Assembly: GCA_902786505.1 (NCBI GenBank)
Contig: CADACS010000002.1
Span: forward strand, 6,684-70,683
Length of the DNA stretch: 64,000 bases
DNA from: an uncultured Planctomycetota bacterium
GTDB taxonomy: Bacteria; Planctomycetota; Planctomycetia; Pirellulales; Thermoguttaceae
Direction: 5' to 3'
Shown here: piece by piece, positions 40,460-49,545 of the stretch
How the letters are laid out: every line of letters starts with the position of its first letter
How positions within the stretch are numbered: position 1 is the stretch's first letter
Program-made: the position numbers and the translations under genes
Notes under the pieces: generated by a model
Database searches by the model: none
Seen by the model: the letters and a program-made list of their open reading frames with translations, nothing else
Told to the model about the DNA's origin: nothing

Positions 40460-40576
40460 CCGATTCCGCCTTCTGAACTTTAGAGTTCGGTTTGTTTGCG
40501 CCTTACGCGCCTAACCGTTCTCTCGGCGATTATAACTAACGAAAATAAATAGCATTACAGATATAGGATAGAAGAA

Positions 40577-40846
40577 ATGAACGACGCGATTGGAATGATC
40601 GAAACGAAAGGCGTATTGGCGCTCGTGAGCGCGGCGGACGCGATGGCTAAGGCCGCCGACGTCGAAATTGTTAAGCGTATCCAGATTGGCGGCGGCTTGG
40701 TCGCCACGATCGTTCGCGGAGACGTTGGAAGCGTTCGCGCGGCCGTCGACGCTGGCGCCGCCGCTGCGGAATCTGCCGGCGAACTCAAAGCCGCTCACGT
40801 TATTCCGCGTCCGACCGAAGGTCTCATTGACGCGTGGACCGCGTGA
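40577..40846 (+). CDS. BMC-H shell protein (second paralogue)
   Basis: [29 protein letters not shown]...[15 protein letters not shown]. Confidence 0.95.
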   Translation: MNDAIGMIETKGVLALVSAADAMAKAADVEIVKRIQIGGGLVATIVRGDVGSVRAAVDAGAAAAESAGELKAAHVIPRPTEGLIDAWTA

Positions 40847-41030
40847 TCTAACGAGCTGAAAATCCGCGGCGCCGACGTATAAACAGGCGTCGCCGCGTCG
40901 CGGTTTTCGTTTGGCTCCGACAGACAGGTTTTGTCGGAACTTTGCGGGTTCCTTTTGGCGACACATTAGGCGTTTGCCGGCCTTTAACGCAAATTACGTG
41001 CGTTGAAGCGTCGGTCGGAGAATGGTCTCA

Positions 41031-42221
41031 ATGAAGATTTTAGTTGCAAATTTAGGTTCGACGAGCTTCAAATACAGCTTGTACGATATGGACGGGGAAA
41101 AACTTTTAGCGCGCGGCCGCGTTGAACGCATCGGCGACGAGTCGAGCCCCTGTCAAATTACCATTGGCGACTTTAAGAAGGAAGAGAACGTTTCCGCGCC
41201 GAACCATGGCGTCGCCGTGCGCGAATGCCTGCGCCAACTGACCGATCCGCAGACCGGCTGCCTCAAAAGCGCCGACGAAATCGCGGGAATCGGATTTAAA
41301 GCCGTGTTTGCCAAAGGTTACACGGGAGTTCAGCCGGTTACCGACGACCTGCTCGCGGCTATGGAAGAATTCAACGCCGTTTTGCCGGCGCATAATCCTC
41401 CTTACGTCCGCGCGATGCGCATGCTCAAGCAAGAGCTTCCTGAAATCCCGCTTGTCGCCGCGTTTGAGACCGGATTTCATCAGAATATCCCGGATCGCAA
41501 CCGTTACTACGGCGTTCCTTTTGAGTGGGCCGAACAGTACGGCGTTCGCCGCTACGGATTCCACGGCGCGAGCCATCGCTATATCGCGACGCGCTGCCGT
41601 GAAATTTTCGGCGAGGACAAACGCATTGTCAGCTGTCATCTCGGCGGATCGAGCTCTGTGTGCGCTATTGCCGACGGCATGAGCCGCTGCTCCAGTATGG
41701 GCGGAAGCCCGCAGACGGGTCTTATGAATAATAACCGCTGCGGCGATTTCGATCCGTTCTGGTGCTCGTATCTCATGAAGAAACTTAATGTTTCGCTTGA
41801 CGAGCTGCTGCAGACGCTTGCGACGAAGAGCGGTTTGCTTGGCGTAAGCGGCGTGAGCGGCGACGTGCGCGATATCGCGGAAAAACGCGACGCGGGCGAC
41901 GACCGATGCCGGTTGGCGCTTGAAGTCCTTGTCGGCGACGTGCGGCGTTATATCGGCGCGTCGTTGGTAGAACTTGGCGGAGCCGACGTTATTTCGTTTG
42001 CCGGCGGAATTGGCGAATACCGTTACGACGTGCGCGAAGCGGCGCTCAACGGCCTCGAAGAACTCGGGATTGTTCTCGATAAGGAAGCGAACCGGAAAGC
42101 GCTCGGCGTCGAGGCGGAAATCAGCGCTCCGACGAGCCGTATTAAAGTGTACGTTCTTCCGACGAACGAAGAAATTATTGTCGGGCGTCAGACGAAAGCT
42201 TTGTTGGAAAGTAAAAAATAA
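41031..42221 (+). CDS. ackA: acetate/propionate kinase
   Basis: MKILVANLGSTSFKYSLY, RYGFHGASHRY and FAGGIGE. GGAGAA lies 10 nt upstream of the ATG at 41031. Confidence 0.95.
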   Translation: MKILVANLGSTSFKYSLYDMDGEKLLARGRVERIGDESSPCQITIGDFKKEENVSAPNHGVAVRECLRQLTDPQTGCLKSADEIAGIGFKAVFAKGYTGVQPVTDDLLAAMEEFNAVLPAHNPPYVRAMRMLKQELPEIPLVAAFETGFHQNIPDRNRYYGVPFEWAEQYGVRRYGFHGASHRYIATRCREIFGEDKRIVSCHLGGSSSVCAIADGMSRCSSMGGSPQTGLMNNNRCGDFDPFWCSYLMKKLNVSLDELLQTLATKSGLLGVSGVSGDVRDIAEKRDAGDDRCRLALEVLVGDVRRYIGASLVELGGADVISFAGGIGEYRYDVREAALNGLEELGIVLDKEANRKALGVEAEISAPTSRIKVYVLPTNEEIIVGRQTKALLESKK

Positions 42222-42324
42222 AACCTGATAAAACAGACGTATGCATTTAGCAGACGTTTTGTCGGGCTATCGGGATTGTCGCAGGCGCGGCGCGTTTCGA
42301 GACGTAACGTAAAGGGACGGTTGT

Positions 42325-42630
42325 ATGTTTATCGGAAAAATAGTCGGATCTGTCGTCGCGACCCAGAAGACTGAGTCGATGCGCGGTTCGAAGTTGATGA
42401 TGATCGAGCCGTACGTTATTGATCCGAAGACGCGCGATCGGTTCGTCACAACGGGCAAGTCTCTCGTCGCGGTCGATATTGTCGGCGCAGGCGAGGGGCA
42501 GTTTGTGCTTGCGGTTCAGGGATCGAGCGCGCGCATGACGCCGGAAACAAAAACGCTTCCGGTTGACTGCACAATTATAGGCGTTATCGATTCCGCGACG
42601 GTTCAGAAGTCGCAGATTCCTTTGGAATAA
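42325..42630 (+). CDS. BMC-P vertex protein (EutN/CcmL family)
   Basis: MFIGKIVGSVVATQKTESMRGSKLMMI...VDIVGAGEGQFVLAVQGSSAR...IIGVID. Confidence 0.9.
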   Translation: MFIGKIVGSVVATQKTESMRGSKLMMIEPYVIDPKTRDRFVTTGKSLVAVDIVGAGEGQFVLAVQGSSARMTPETKTLPVDCTIIGVIDSATVQKSQIPLE

Positions 42631-42813
42631 CAGCCTCCTTCTCGCGTAAACAATCTCGCGAAATAGAGCATATTAACGAGAACTAAGATGGGGCGAAGCG
42701 AGGAAAAACGATATTTTCGCGCCGCAAGCCGGGTCGAGGCGAAGCGCAGACAACGTCGTTTAGCCGAGCGGAACGTCAGCGAACGTTCTTTTTATCATAG
42801 GAGCGAATTTAAA

Positions 42814-44271
42814 ATGGCGGATGTGAATGAAGCGCTGGTGCGCAGCGTTTTGCAAGAAGTACTGTCTCGTATCGGCGGATCCGCGTCGAGCGCGAGCGCT
42901 GTCGGCGGCGGAGTAGCTCCCAAAAGTTACGCCGGACGGTACGGAATTTTTGACGATCCGTACGAAGCGATCGAAGCGGCGAACGAAGCCTACGATCAGC
43001 TGTCTTACCGAAAGATTGCCGAGCGCAAAAAGATGATCGACGAAATCCGCCGCATCTGCATTGAGCAGAGCGTCGAGCTCGGCACGATGGAAATGGAAGA
43101 GACGAAACTTGGCCGTCTCGAACACAAAATCGACAAACTTCTCAACGTCGGTTACAACGCCCAGGGCGTGGAAGCGCTTTCTTCTGAAGTTTTCAGCGGC
43201 GACTACGGCCTGACCGTTATTGAACACGCTCCGTTTGGCGTTATTGGCGCGATTACCCCGGTTACGCACTCCCTGCCGACGATCGCCAATAACTCGATTA
43301 ATATGATCGCCGCGGGCAATACGGTCGTTTTCAATCCGCACCCGAACGGGAAACGTATTGCGGTCGAGGGCGTTAAACGGTTTAACCAAGCGATCTACGC
43401 CAACTACGGTATCGACAACCTGATGTGCGCGATGGTTAACCCGACCCTTGAAACGGCGGACGTTATCTTCAAGCACAAGAAGATCAACCTTCTCGTCGTA
43501 ACGGGCGGCGAAGGCGTTGCGCGCGCCGCTATGGCGCAGAGCAAGCGCGCGATCGTCGCGGGCCCGGGCAATCCTCCGGTCGTCGTCGACGAAACGGCTG
43601 ATCTTGACCGCGCCGCGCGCTGCATTATTCTTGGCGCCGCGTACGACAACAACCTTCTCTGCTTGGCGGAAAAAGAAGTTTTCGTCGTCAATTCCGTCTT
43701 CGATAAGATGATGGACGCGATGGAACGCGCGGGCGCCGTTCGTCTGAACGCCGCCGAAACCGCCGCCATGACGCAGAAAGGAATTATCAAGGTCGGCGAA
43801 GGCGATAAGCGCCACGACGCGCCGAGCCGAGAATTCCTCGGAAAAGACGCGTCTGTACTGGCGGCCGGCATTGGCAAGACGGTTTCCGACGACGTCGAGC
43901 TCCTTTACGGCGAGACCGATTACGAAAACCCGTTTGTTCCTGTCGAACAGATGATGCCCTTCCTTCCGTTTGTCCGCTGCAAAGACGTCGACGAAGCGAT
44001 CCAGCGTTCGTTCGAAATGGAACATGGGTTCCACCATACCGCGATTATCCACTCCAACAACGTCGTTACGATGACGAAGATGGGCAAGCTGCTCAATACG
44101 ACGATCTTTGTCAAGAATGGTCCGAGTTGCGCCGGCAACGGCGGCGGGGGCGAAGGTTACGGATCTTATTCTATCGCGGGTCCGACCGGCGAAGGCATTA
44201 CGCGTCCGCTCACGTTTACGCGCAGTCGGCGCTGCGCTATGGTCGAGAGCTTGCACATTCTCGAACGTTAG
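42814..44271 (+). CDS. CoA-acylating aldehyde dehydrogenase (PduP/EutE-like) with an N-terminal encapsulation-type helix
   Basis: ATG at 42814 with an AGGAG RBS. MADVNEALVRSVLQEVLSRI, a Ser/Ala/Gly linker, then the ALDH core with AGPGNPP and NLLCLAEKE (catalytic Cys). Confidence 0.9.
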   Translation: MADVNEALVRSVLQEVLSRIGGSASSASAVGGGVAPKSYAGRYGIFDDPYEAIEAANEAYDQLSYRKIAERKKMIDEIRRICIEQSVELGTMEMEETKLGRLEHKIDKLLNVGYNAQGVEALSSEVFSGDYGLTVIEHAPFGVIGAITPVTHSLPTIANNSINMIAAGNTVVFNPHPNGKRIAVEGVKRFNQAIYANYGIDNLMCAMVNPTLETADVIFKHKKINLLVVTGGEGVARAAMAQSKRAIVAGPGNPPVVVDETADLDRAARCIILGAAYDNNLLCLAEKEVFVVNSVFDKMMDAMERAGAVRLNAAETAAMTQKGIIKVGEGDKRHDAPSREFLGKDASVLAAGIGKTVSDDVELLYGETDYENPFVPVEQMMPFLPFVRCKDVDEAIQRSFEMEHGFHHTAIIHSNNVVTMTKMGKLLNTTIFVKNGPSCAGNGGGGEGYGSYSIAGPTGEGITRPLTFTRSRRCAMVESLHILER

Positions 44272-44418
44272 TTTTTATCAGGCGGTCAAAGGGGGACGAA
44301 CGCCCGCGCGTTCGTCTCGCCGCCCTTCTTTCCAGGGCGTTCTCTGGAAAGTTTTCGCGCGGCGCTGTAATCCGGCGCCGCGGGAATTTTCGGCTGAAAC
44401 AGATACAGGACGGGCGAC

Positions 44419-44931
44419 ATGACGATTCACGATTGCACTTGGAACCTTTTTTGGGAAACCCGTCATTACCTGAATCGGTACGAGATTATTATGCTCGTCT
44501 GTTTTAGCCTAAGCTGGCTTTTTTCAATCCGAAAGATGATTAGCTCCGGTCAGGCGTCCGGAAAGAGTTCGCTCTTTTTATGGCTCATGATCTTCGGGTT
44601 TGTCTCCGGCGTCTGTTATAAGTTGTTCGTCAATTTAGACGTTGGGGTCATACTATACGGCGTCGCCGCTATTTTGGCTTTTTTAGACCTGTTTTTTACG
44701 CGGCGGCTGTATGCCCGCGAGGTTTCGGAAATTCGCCGCGGCGAGCTTATGAAACGAAGTAGAAATTCCAGCGGAGAGCACGGCCGGCACGGCTCGCATT
44801 CCGGACACGGTTCCGGCGAACATGGGCGTCGCCGTCATCGGCATTCCCACGGTTCGCACAGCGAGCCGACCGCGGATTCAGACGTCAGTCCAAAAGAACC
44901 TAAATATGGCGACGACGTAACGTTTGACTGA
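44419..44931 (+). CDS. small 3-TM membrane protein with a His/Gly/Ser/Arg-rich C-terminal tail (hypothetical)
   Basis: ATG start, 170 aa. TM candidates are IIMLVCFSLSWLFSI, SLFLWLMIFGFVSGVCYKLF and GVILYGVAAILAFLDLFF. The tail is GEHGRHGSHSGHGSGEHGRRRHRHSHGSHSEP. Confidence 0.65.
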   Translation: MTIHDCTWNLFWETRHYLNRYEIIMLVCFSLSWLFSIRKMISSGQASGKSSLFLWLMIFGFVSGVCYKLFVNLDVGVILYGVAAILAFLDLFFTRRLYAREVSEIRRGELMKRSRNSSGEHGRHGSHSGHGSGEHGRRRHRHSHGSHSEPTADSDVSPKEPKYGDDVTFD

Positions 44932-44963
44932 CGTCGTTCCAGCAGTTTTCGCTATAAACAAAG

Positions 44964-45266
44964 ATGAATCAGGCGCGAATTATCGGATACGCGACGTCGG
45001 TCGTTAAGCACGAGTCCCTTGTCGGGCAAAAGATGCTTATTGCCGTGCCGACTTCGAACCTCGACGGGTCTCCTCAAGGAGATCCGATGGTGGTATACGA
45101 TAAACTGGGCGCCGGCGTCGGCGACTTAGTCCTGATTACGAGCGACGGGTCGTATACCCGTCGGGAAATTATCGGCGCAAAATTGTCTCCTGCGCGTTGG
45201 GGCGTCGTGGGAATTATCGATTCCGCTAACAAGGCGGGCGAATTGGAAAGCGAAAAAGATGAGTGA
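44964..45266 (+). CDS. BMC-P vertex protein (EutN/CcmL family)
   Basis: MNQARIIGYATSVVKHESLVGQKMLIAVP...VYDKLGAGVGDLVLITSDGS...VVGIID. Confidence 0.9.
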   Translation: MNQARIIGYATSVVKHESLVGQKMLIAVPTSNLDGSPQGDPMVVYDKLGAGVGDLVLITSDGSYTRREIIGAKLSPARWGVVGIIDSANKAGELESEKDE

Positions 45267-46065
45267 ATTGAAATGGGATCTGGACGAGCTTGTCCGCAAG
45301 ATCATGGCTGATCTTCGCAACAGCTCCGTCGAGACGTCCGCCGCCAAAGCAAGCGCGGCGCTGACGCGCGATTTCAATTCCCTCTATTCCCAGCGCGCCG
45401 CCGAATCCGGCGACGGGAAAGAGTCTGGCGAAGAGTTTTATATCTCCGACCGTATAATCGTCGTCGACGTAGTTAAACGCGCCGCGGAGTCGACTTCCGC
45501 GAAGAAGTGGCGCGCGCGCCGCGACGCTATCGTTACGCCGGCGGCGCAAGACGAGCTCAAAAAACTGGGCGTCACGTTGACTCTCGAGCAGTCGCAACGC
45601 CCGACGAGAACGACTCTCTCCGCGTCGAACTATGCCGGCGCGGCTTCGAACTCCGACTCGGCGCCGGCTGCGGCTCAAAACAAAAATGACGCCGGAACGG
45701 TTCGCGTATTAATCGCGACCCACCTTCCCGACGCGGAACGTTTCCCCGTCTCTATTTACGAATATCTGACGCGCAACGCCGACACGACGGAATTTCGCGC
45801 GTCCTGTCTGAAAGAGACGTCGAAACACATCGCGGAAGAAATTGCGAAAGACAAATCGCTGCGCGTTGTTTTGGCGACTCACGACGCGGCGATCGGCTCG
45901 GTTTGGACAAATCGGTTTTCCGGCGTTCGCGCCGTCGTCGCGTTTTCGGCGGATCAGGCGAAACGGGATATAGCGGCGGCCGACGCGAACGTGGCGATCG
46001 TTGATCCCCATGAGCTGGGCTCCTATCCGCTCCGGCAGATTGTCGACTTTTTCATTCACAGATAA
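45259..46065 (+). CDS. BMC-locus protein of unknown function (encapsulation-helix-like N-terminus, RpiB-like C-terminal region)
   Basis: The ATG overlaps the preceding BMC-P stop by 8 nt. N-terminus is DLDELVRKIMADLR. The C-terminal segment VLATHDAAIGSVWTNRFSGVRAVVAFSADQAKRDIAAADANVAIVDP resembles the RpiB/LacAB fold pattern from memory. Confidence 0.75.
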   Translation: MSELKWDLDELVRKIMADLRNSSVETSAAKASAALTRDFNSLYSQRAAESGDGKESGEEFYISDRIIVVDVVKRAAESTSAKKWRARRDAIVTPAAQDELKKLGVTLTLEQSQRPTRTTLSASNYAGAASNSDSAPAAAQNKNDAGTVRVLIATHLPDAERFPVSIYEYLTRNADTTEFRASCLKETSKHIAEEIAKDKSLRVVLATHDAAIGSVWTNRFSGVRAVVAFSADQAKRDIAAADANVAIVDPHELGSYPLRQIVDFFIHR

Positions 46066-46080
46066 GCGCGGGATCAGAAC

Positions 46081-46512
46081 ATGAGAATAGGGCAGGTGAT
46101 CGGCAAGGTCGTACTTAGCCGCGTCCATGAATCCCTGATCGGGGCGCAATTCAAGATCGTTCTTCCGGTAACGTTTAACGATCTTGCTGAGCCGAGTCCT
46201 GTAAGCGCCGCTAATGAAATTGGCGAGCAGGAGCAGGGGAAAGACGCCGACGCGCGAGTCGACGCCGCGGCGAATCGGCTGCTCAATCCGGATTTTCCAC
46301 GAAAGTGGGGAAACGAGCTGGTCGTATACGACGACTGTTCCGCCGCGATTGACGAGTGGGTCGCCTTTAGCGAAGGCGCGGAAGCGGCCGCCGCGTTTGA
46401 CGGAGGCCCGTGTCCCGTCGACGCGTTTGCCGGCGCGATTTTGGATACGGTCGTGATTGACGCCCCGACTGTTGAAACGCTCGTTGAATTAAAAAATAAG
46501 AAAAATAAATAA
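46081..46512 (+). CDS. BMC-P vertex protein (EutN/CcmL family) with an internal insertion
   Basis: MRIGQVIGKVVLSRVHESLIGAQFKIVLP...ELVVYDDCSAAIDEWVAFSEG...FAGAILD. The two conserved halves are separated by about 46 residues, where the two paralogues have about 10. Confidence 0.8.
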   Translation: MRIGQVIGKVVLSRVHESLIGAQFKIVLPVTFNDLAEPSPVSAANEIGEQEQGKDADARVDAAANRLLNPDFPRKWGNELVVYDDCSAAIDEWVAFSEGAEAAAAFDGGPCPVDAFAGAILDTVVIDAPTVETLVELKNKKNK

Positions 46513-46763
46513 AATATTTAAAACAATAGGTTTGGATAAAATATAAAGAAAACGTCGAAGTTGGATCCGGCTCGCGTGCGGAAAAGTAAGATTTCGTTTG
46601 AGACGAATTCCCAATTAGACGTTAAAATAATAAGTCGAACCCGACGTAATTATTTTGAAAAGAAGCGCGATAATACAGGCGTTTTTTGAATAAAAATAAA
46701 CTAGGGAACGGCGTCGGCTTATGCGGACGGCGTTCGTGGCTTTGTATATAAGAGGACAAGCGC

Positions 46764-47660
46764 ATGCTCAATTTGCATCAAGTAAAAGACGAGATTTGCG
46801 ACATCGGTCGCAGACTGTATAACCGAGGATTTGCCTCCGCGAACGACGGTAATATTAGCTACCGAATCGATGAAAATCGAGTCGTGTGCACCCCGACCCA
46901 GATTTGCAAAGGCTTTATGAAACCGGAAGACCTTTGCATTGTCGATATGGAAGGGAATCAGATTTCCGGAACGCGCAAACGTACGAGCGAAATCTTTCTG
47001 CACTTGACGATCATGAAGGAACGTCCGGAAGTTCGTTCGGTACTCCACTGCCATCCTCGTTACGCTACGGCGTTCGGCATTGCGAAAGAAGCGATTCCGC
47101 AATGCGTTCTTCCGGAAGTCGACATCTACATGGGCGACGTTCCGATTGCGAAATACGCGATTCCCGGCGGTCAGGAATTCGCGGATACGGTTCTGCCGTT
47201 CATTCATAAGTCGGATATCATCGTCCTTGCCAATCATGGCACGGTCAGCCTTGGCCCGACGGTTGAGAAGGCCTACTGGCTTACCGAAATTCTCGACGCG
47301 TATTGCAATATCCTCATGATTACGAAGGAATTGGGCAAGACGAGCTTCTTCAGCAAAGACGAAGCGGAAGCGCTCCTCCAGCTCAAAACGAAATGGGGCA
47401 TCAAGGATCCGCGCCTGCAGGCCGAGAACTGCGAGCTCTGCGCGAACGATATGTTCCGCGACAGCTGGAAAGAAACTGGCGTCGGTCACCGCGCGTTTGA
47501 TCCGCCGCGGTTCCGCCGCAACGACCCTGACAAACAGCCGTGCGGCTGCGCCTCGAATCCGATTCTCAACAACAACGTAGAATTGGGCAAAGATCCGCAG
47601 ACCGAAGCGCTGGTCAAAGCGATTGCCGACCGCGTTGTCGAGACGCTTTCAAAGAAATGA
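46764..47660 (+). CDS. class II aldolase (fuculose/rhamnulose-1-phosphate aldolase family) with a C-terminal extension
   Basis: AGAGGA RBS. NDGNISYR, VLHCHPRYATAF and LANHGTV are class II aldolase motifs. An ~80-aa tail ends in the amphipathic helix TEALVKAIADRVVETLSKK. Confidence 0.9.
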   Translation: MLNLHQVKDEICDIGRRLYNRGFASANDGNISYRIDENRVVCTPTQICKGFMKPEDLCIVDMEGNQISGTRKRTSEIFLHLTIMKERPEVRSVLHCHPRYATAFGIAKEAIPQCVLPEVDIYMGDVPIAKYAIPGGQEFADTVLPFIHKSDIIVLANHGTVSLGPTVEKAYWLTEILDAYCNILMITKELGKTSFFSKDEAEALLQLKTKWGIKDPRLQAENCELCANDMFRDSWKETGVGHRAFDPPRFRRNDPDKQPCGCASNPILNNNVELGKDPQTEALVKAIADRVVETLSKK

Positions 47661-47759
47661 TCCTTCGTCTATTTTAGACCAGAAATTCCGAAGACGGAAA
47701 TCGACGCTTGAACGGCGACCGGTTTCCGTCTTTTTTTACGCGCATTAAAGGGCAAAGCA

Positions 47760-48887
47760 ATGAGCGAACGAGAACAGTTACGCCGCGACCGGTTTATTAA
47801 AACGATGGAAGAATCGAAGTTGGACGGATACCTTATCGTCGATCCGACGAACGTTTCCTATCTAACGGGCTTCAACGGAGAAGACTCCTATTTGTGGTTT
47901 GGCGATTCGGGCGTATGTCTTTTGAGCGACACGCGCTTCGACGAGCAGATTAAACAGGAGTGTCCCGACGTCAGCGCGCTCATAAGGCACAGCGGACAGT
48001 CGACGCTGGGACTTTTGGACCAGGCGATTCTCGATAAAAAGTATTCCTCGCGTCCGCCTAAACGCGTTGGAATTGAAGCGTCGGCGACGACGGTTGCGCT
48101 CATGAATTCTTTAACGGTGAAATTTGAGTCCGTCGAGTTTGTTCCGCGCTCGGACGACGTGGAACGGCTTCGCGAAATCAAAGACGCCGGCGAGATACAG
48201 GCGATTCGGGAAGCGATCGACGTTTCGATCGACGCTTATCTCTATCTGCGCCAGAATACCGCGTCCGACGCGACTGAAGTTGATTTGCGCGACGAACTCG
48301 AGTACCGCATGAGAAAACTTGGCGGCGACGACGTTTCGTTTCCCTCGATTATCGCGTTTGACGAGCGCGCGGCGCTCCCGCACGCGATACCGCAGCGCGG
48401 CCGGCGCTGGGGCGAGTCGTATATGTGCCTCATTGATTGGGGCGCTAAGAAGAACGGATATGTCGGCGACCTTACGCGCTCATTTTTAACGGACAGGGGG
48501 CTGGAGGAAACGGAACAGAGCAGGGCGTACCGCGCGAAATTTAAGGAAGTATTCTCCGTTGTAAAAGAGGCGCACGACGCCGCGATCGCCGCCATGACGC
48601 CCGGCGTGAAGTGCAACGCGATCGATAAAATAGCGCGCGATACGATCGCCAACGCGGGCTACGGCGATTATTTCGGGCACGGGCTTGGACATGGGATCGG
48701 GCGAGTCGTTCACGATTTCGGCGGCCTTTCGCCGCGCCATGACGCGCTCCTCGCGCCGGGCATGATCTTAACGGTCGAGCCCGGAATCTACCTGCCGGAT
48801 TGGGGCGGAATCAGACTCGAAGACGACGTCTTGGTTTTAGAGAATGGCGTCGAGGTTCTTTCGAGCAGGCTCTCTGCAAACGCCTAA
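47760..48887 (+). CDS. M24 family Xaa-Pro aminopeptidase
   Basis: Creatinase-like N-terminal domain. Metal-ligand motifs are YVGDLTRS (in NGYVGDLTRSF), HGLGHGIG and TVEPGIY...RLEDDV. Confidence 0.9.
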   Translation: MSEREQLRRDRFIKTMEESKLDGYLIVDPTNVSYLTGFNGEDSYLWFGDSGVCLLSDTRFDEQIKQECPDVSALIRHSGQSTLGLLDQAILDKKYSSRPPKRVGIEASATTVALMNSLTVKFESVEFVPRSDDVERLREIKDAGEIQAIREAIDVSIDAYLYLRQNTASDATEVDLRDELEYRMRKLGGDDVSFPSIIAFDERAALPHAIPQRGRRWGESYMCLIDWGAKKNGYVGDLTRSFLTDRGLEETEQSRAYRAKFKEVFSVVKEAHDAAIAAMTPGVKCNAIDKIARDTIANAGYGDYFGHGLGHGIGRVVHDFGGLSPRHDALLAPGMILTVEPGIYLPDWGGIRLEDDVLVLENGVEVLSSRLSANA

Positions 48888-49130
48888 AGAGCCGTTTGGA
48901 AAACAGTCGTTATTAAAAATTGACGGAAATTCCAAATGTAATGAATAGGGAAACGGGATATTTTGACCTTGCCCTTTTCAAAGCGTTTTCAAACAAGATT
49001 CAAAATATCAAAGTCGATACCATTTTTGTCGGCAAGTTGAGCCGGCAAACAAAGATTCCCCCCAAGATAAGGCTCGAATAGAATCTGCGTCAGATACGCG
49101 GCGTACCGTTAGAGCCGTTACGGAACGAGA

Positions 49131-49469
49131 ATGGTAAACGACACAGTTTCCTCAGTGAAAACGCTTGAGGATTTGCAGAATTACGTTTACGAAAGCCTTT
49201 GCGCCGACAACGATCTGCTGTCGGACGCTTTTCACAAGTCAAAGCGTTTGCTTCGCCAGTCGAACGGCGAGATATGCGGCGTGATGTTTTGCATACACGG
49301 GCCCAGAACGGTGGATTTCTCCGCGATATGGGAACGACGGAAGAATAGAATATTCTTCTACAATCCGATGGGAGAACGGTATCGGCTGACCGTTTTAGAC
49401 GGCGCGCCGATCGTCGACGGCCCCGGTTGCGAAAAGCTTGTGAACGAGACTGAGAAGTCAGACGCGTAA
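49131..49469 (+). CDS. hypothetical protein (112 aa)
   Basis: ATG start with protein-like composition. No family recognised. Sits 76 bp upstream of csrA on the same strand. Confidence 0.55.
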   Translation: MVNDTVSSVKTLEDLQNYVYESLCADNDLLSDAFHKSKRLLRQSNGEICGVMFCIHGPRTVDFSAIWERRKNRIFFYNPMGERYRLTVLDGAPIVDGPGCEKLVNETEKSDA

Positions 49470-49545
49470 CAGCGCGTTTTACTCGATATTTTGTTTGGAA
49501 ACGCAGCGTCGAAGGATTCGACGCAACGCACGAAAGGAGTTGAAA

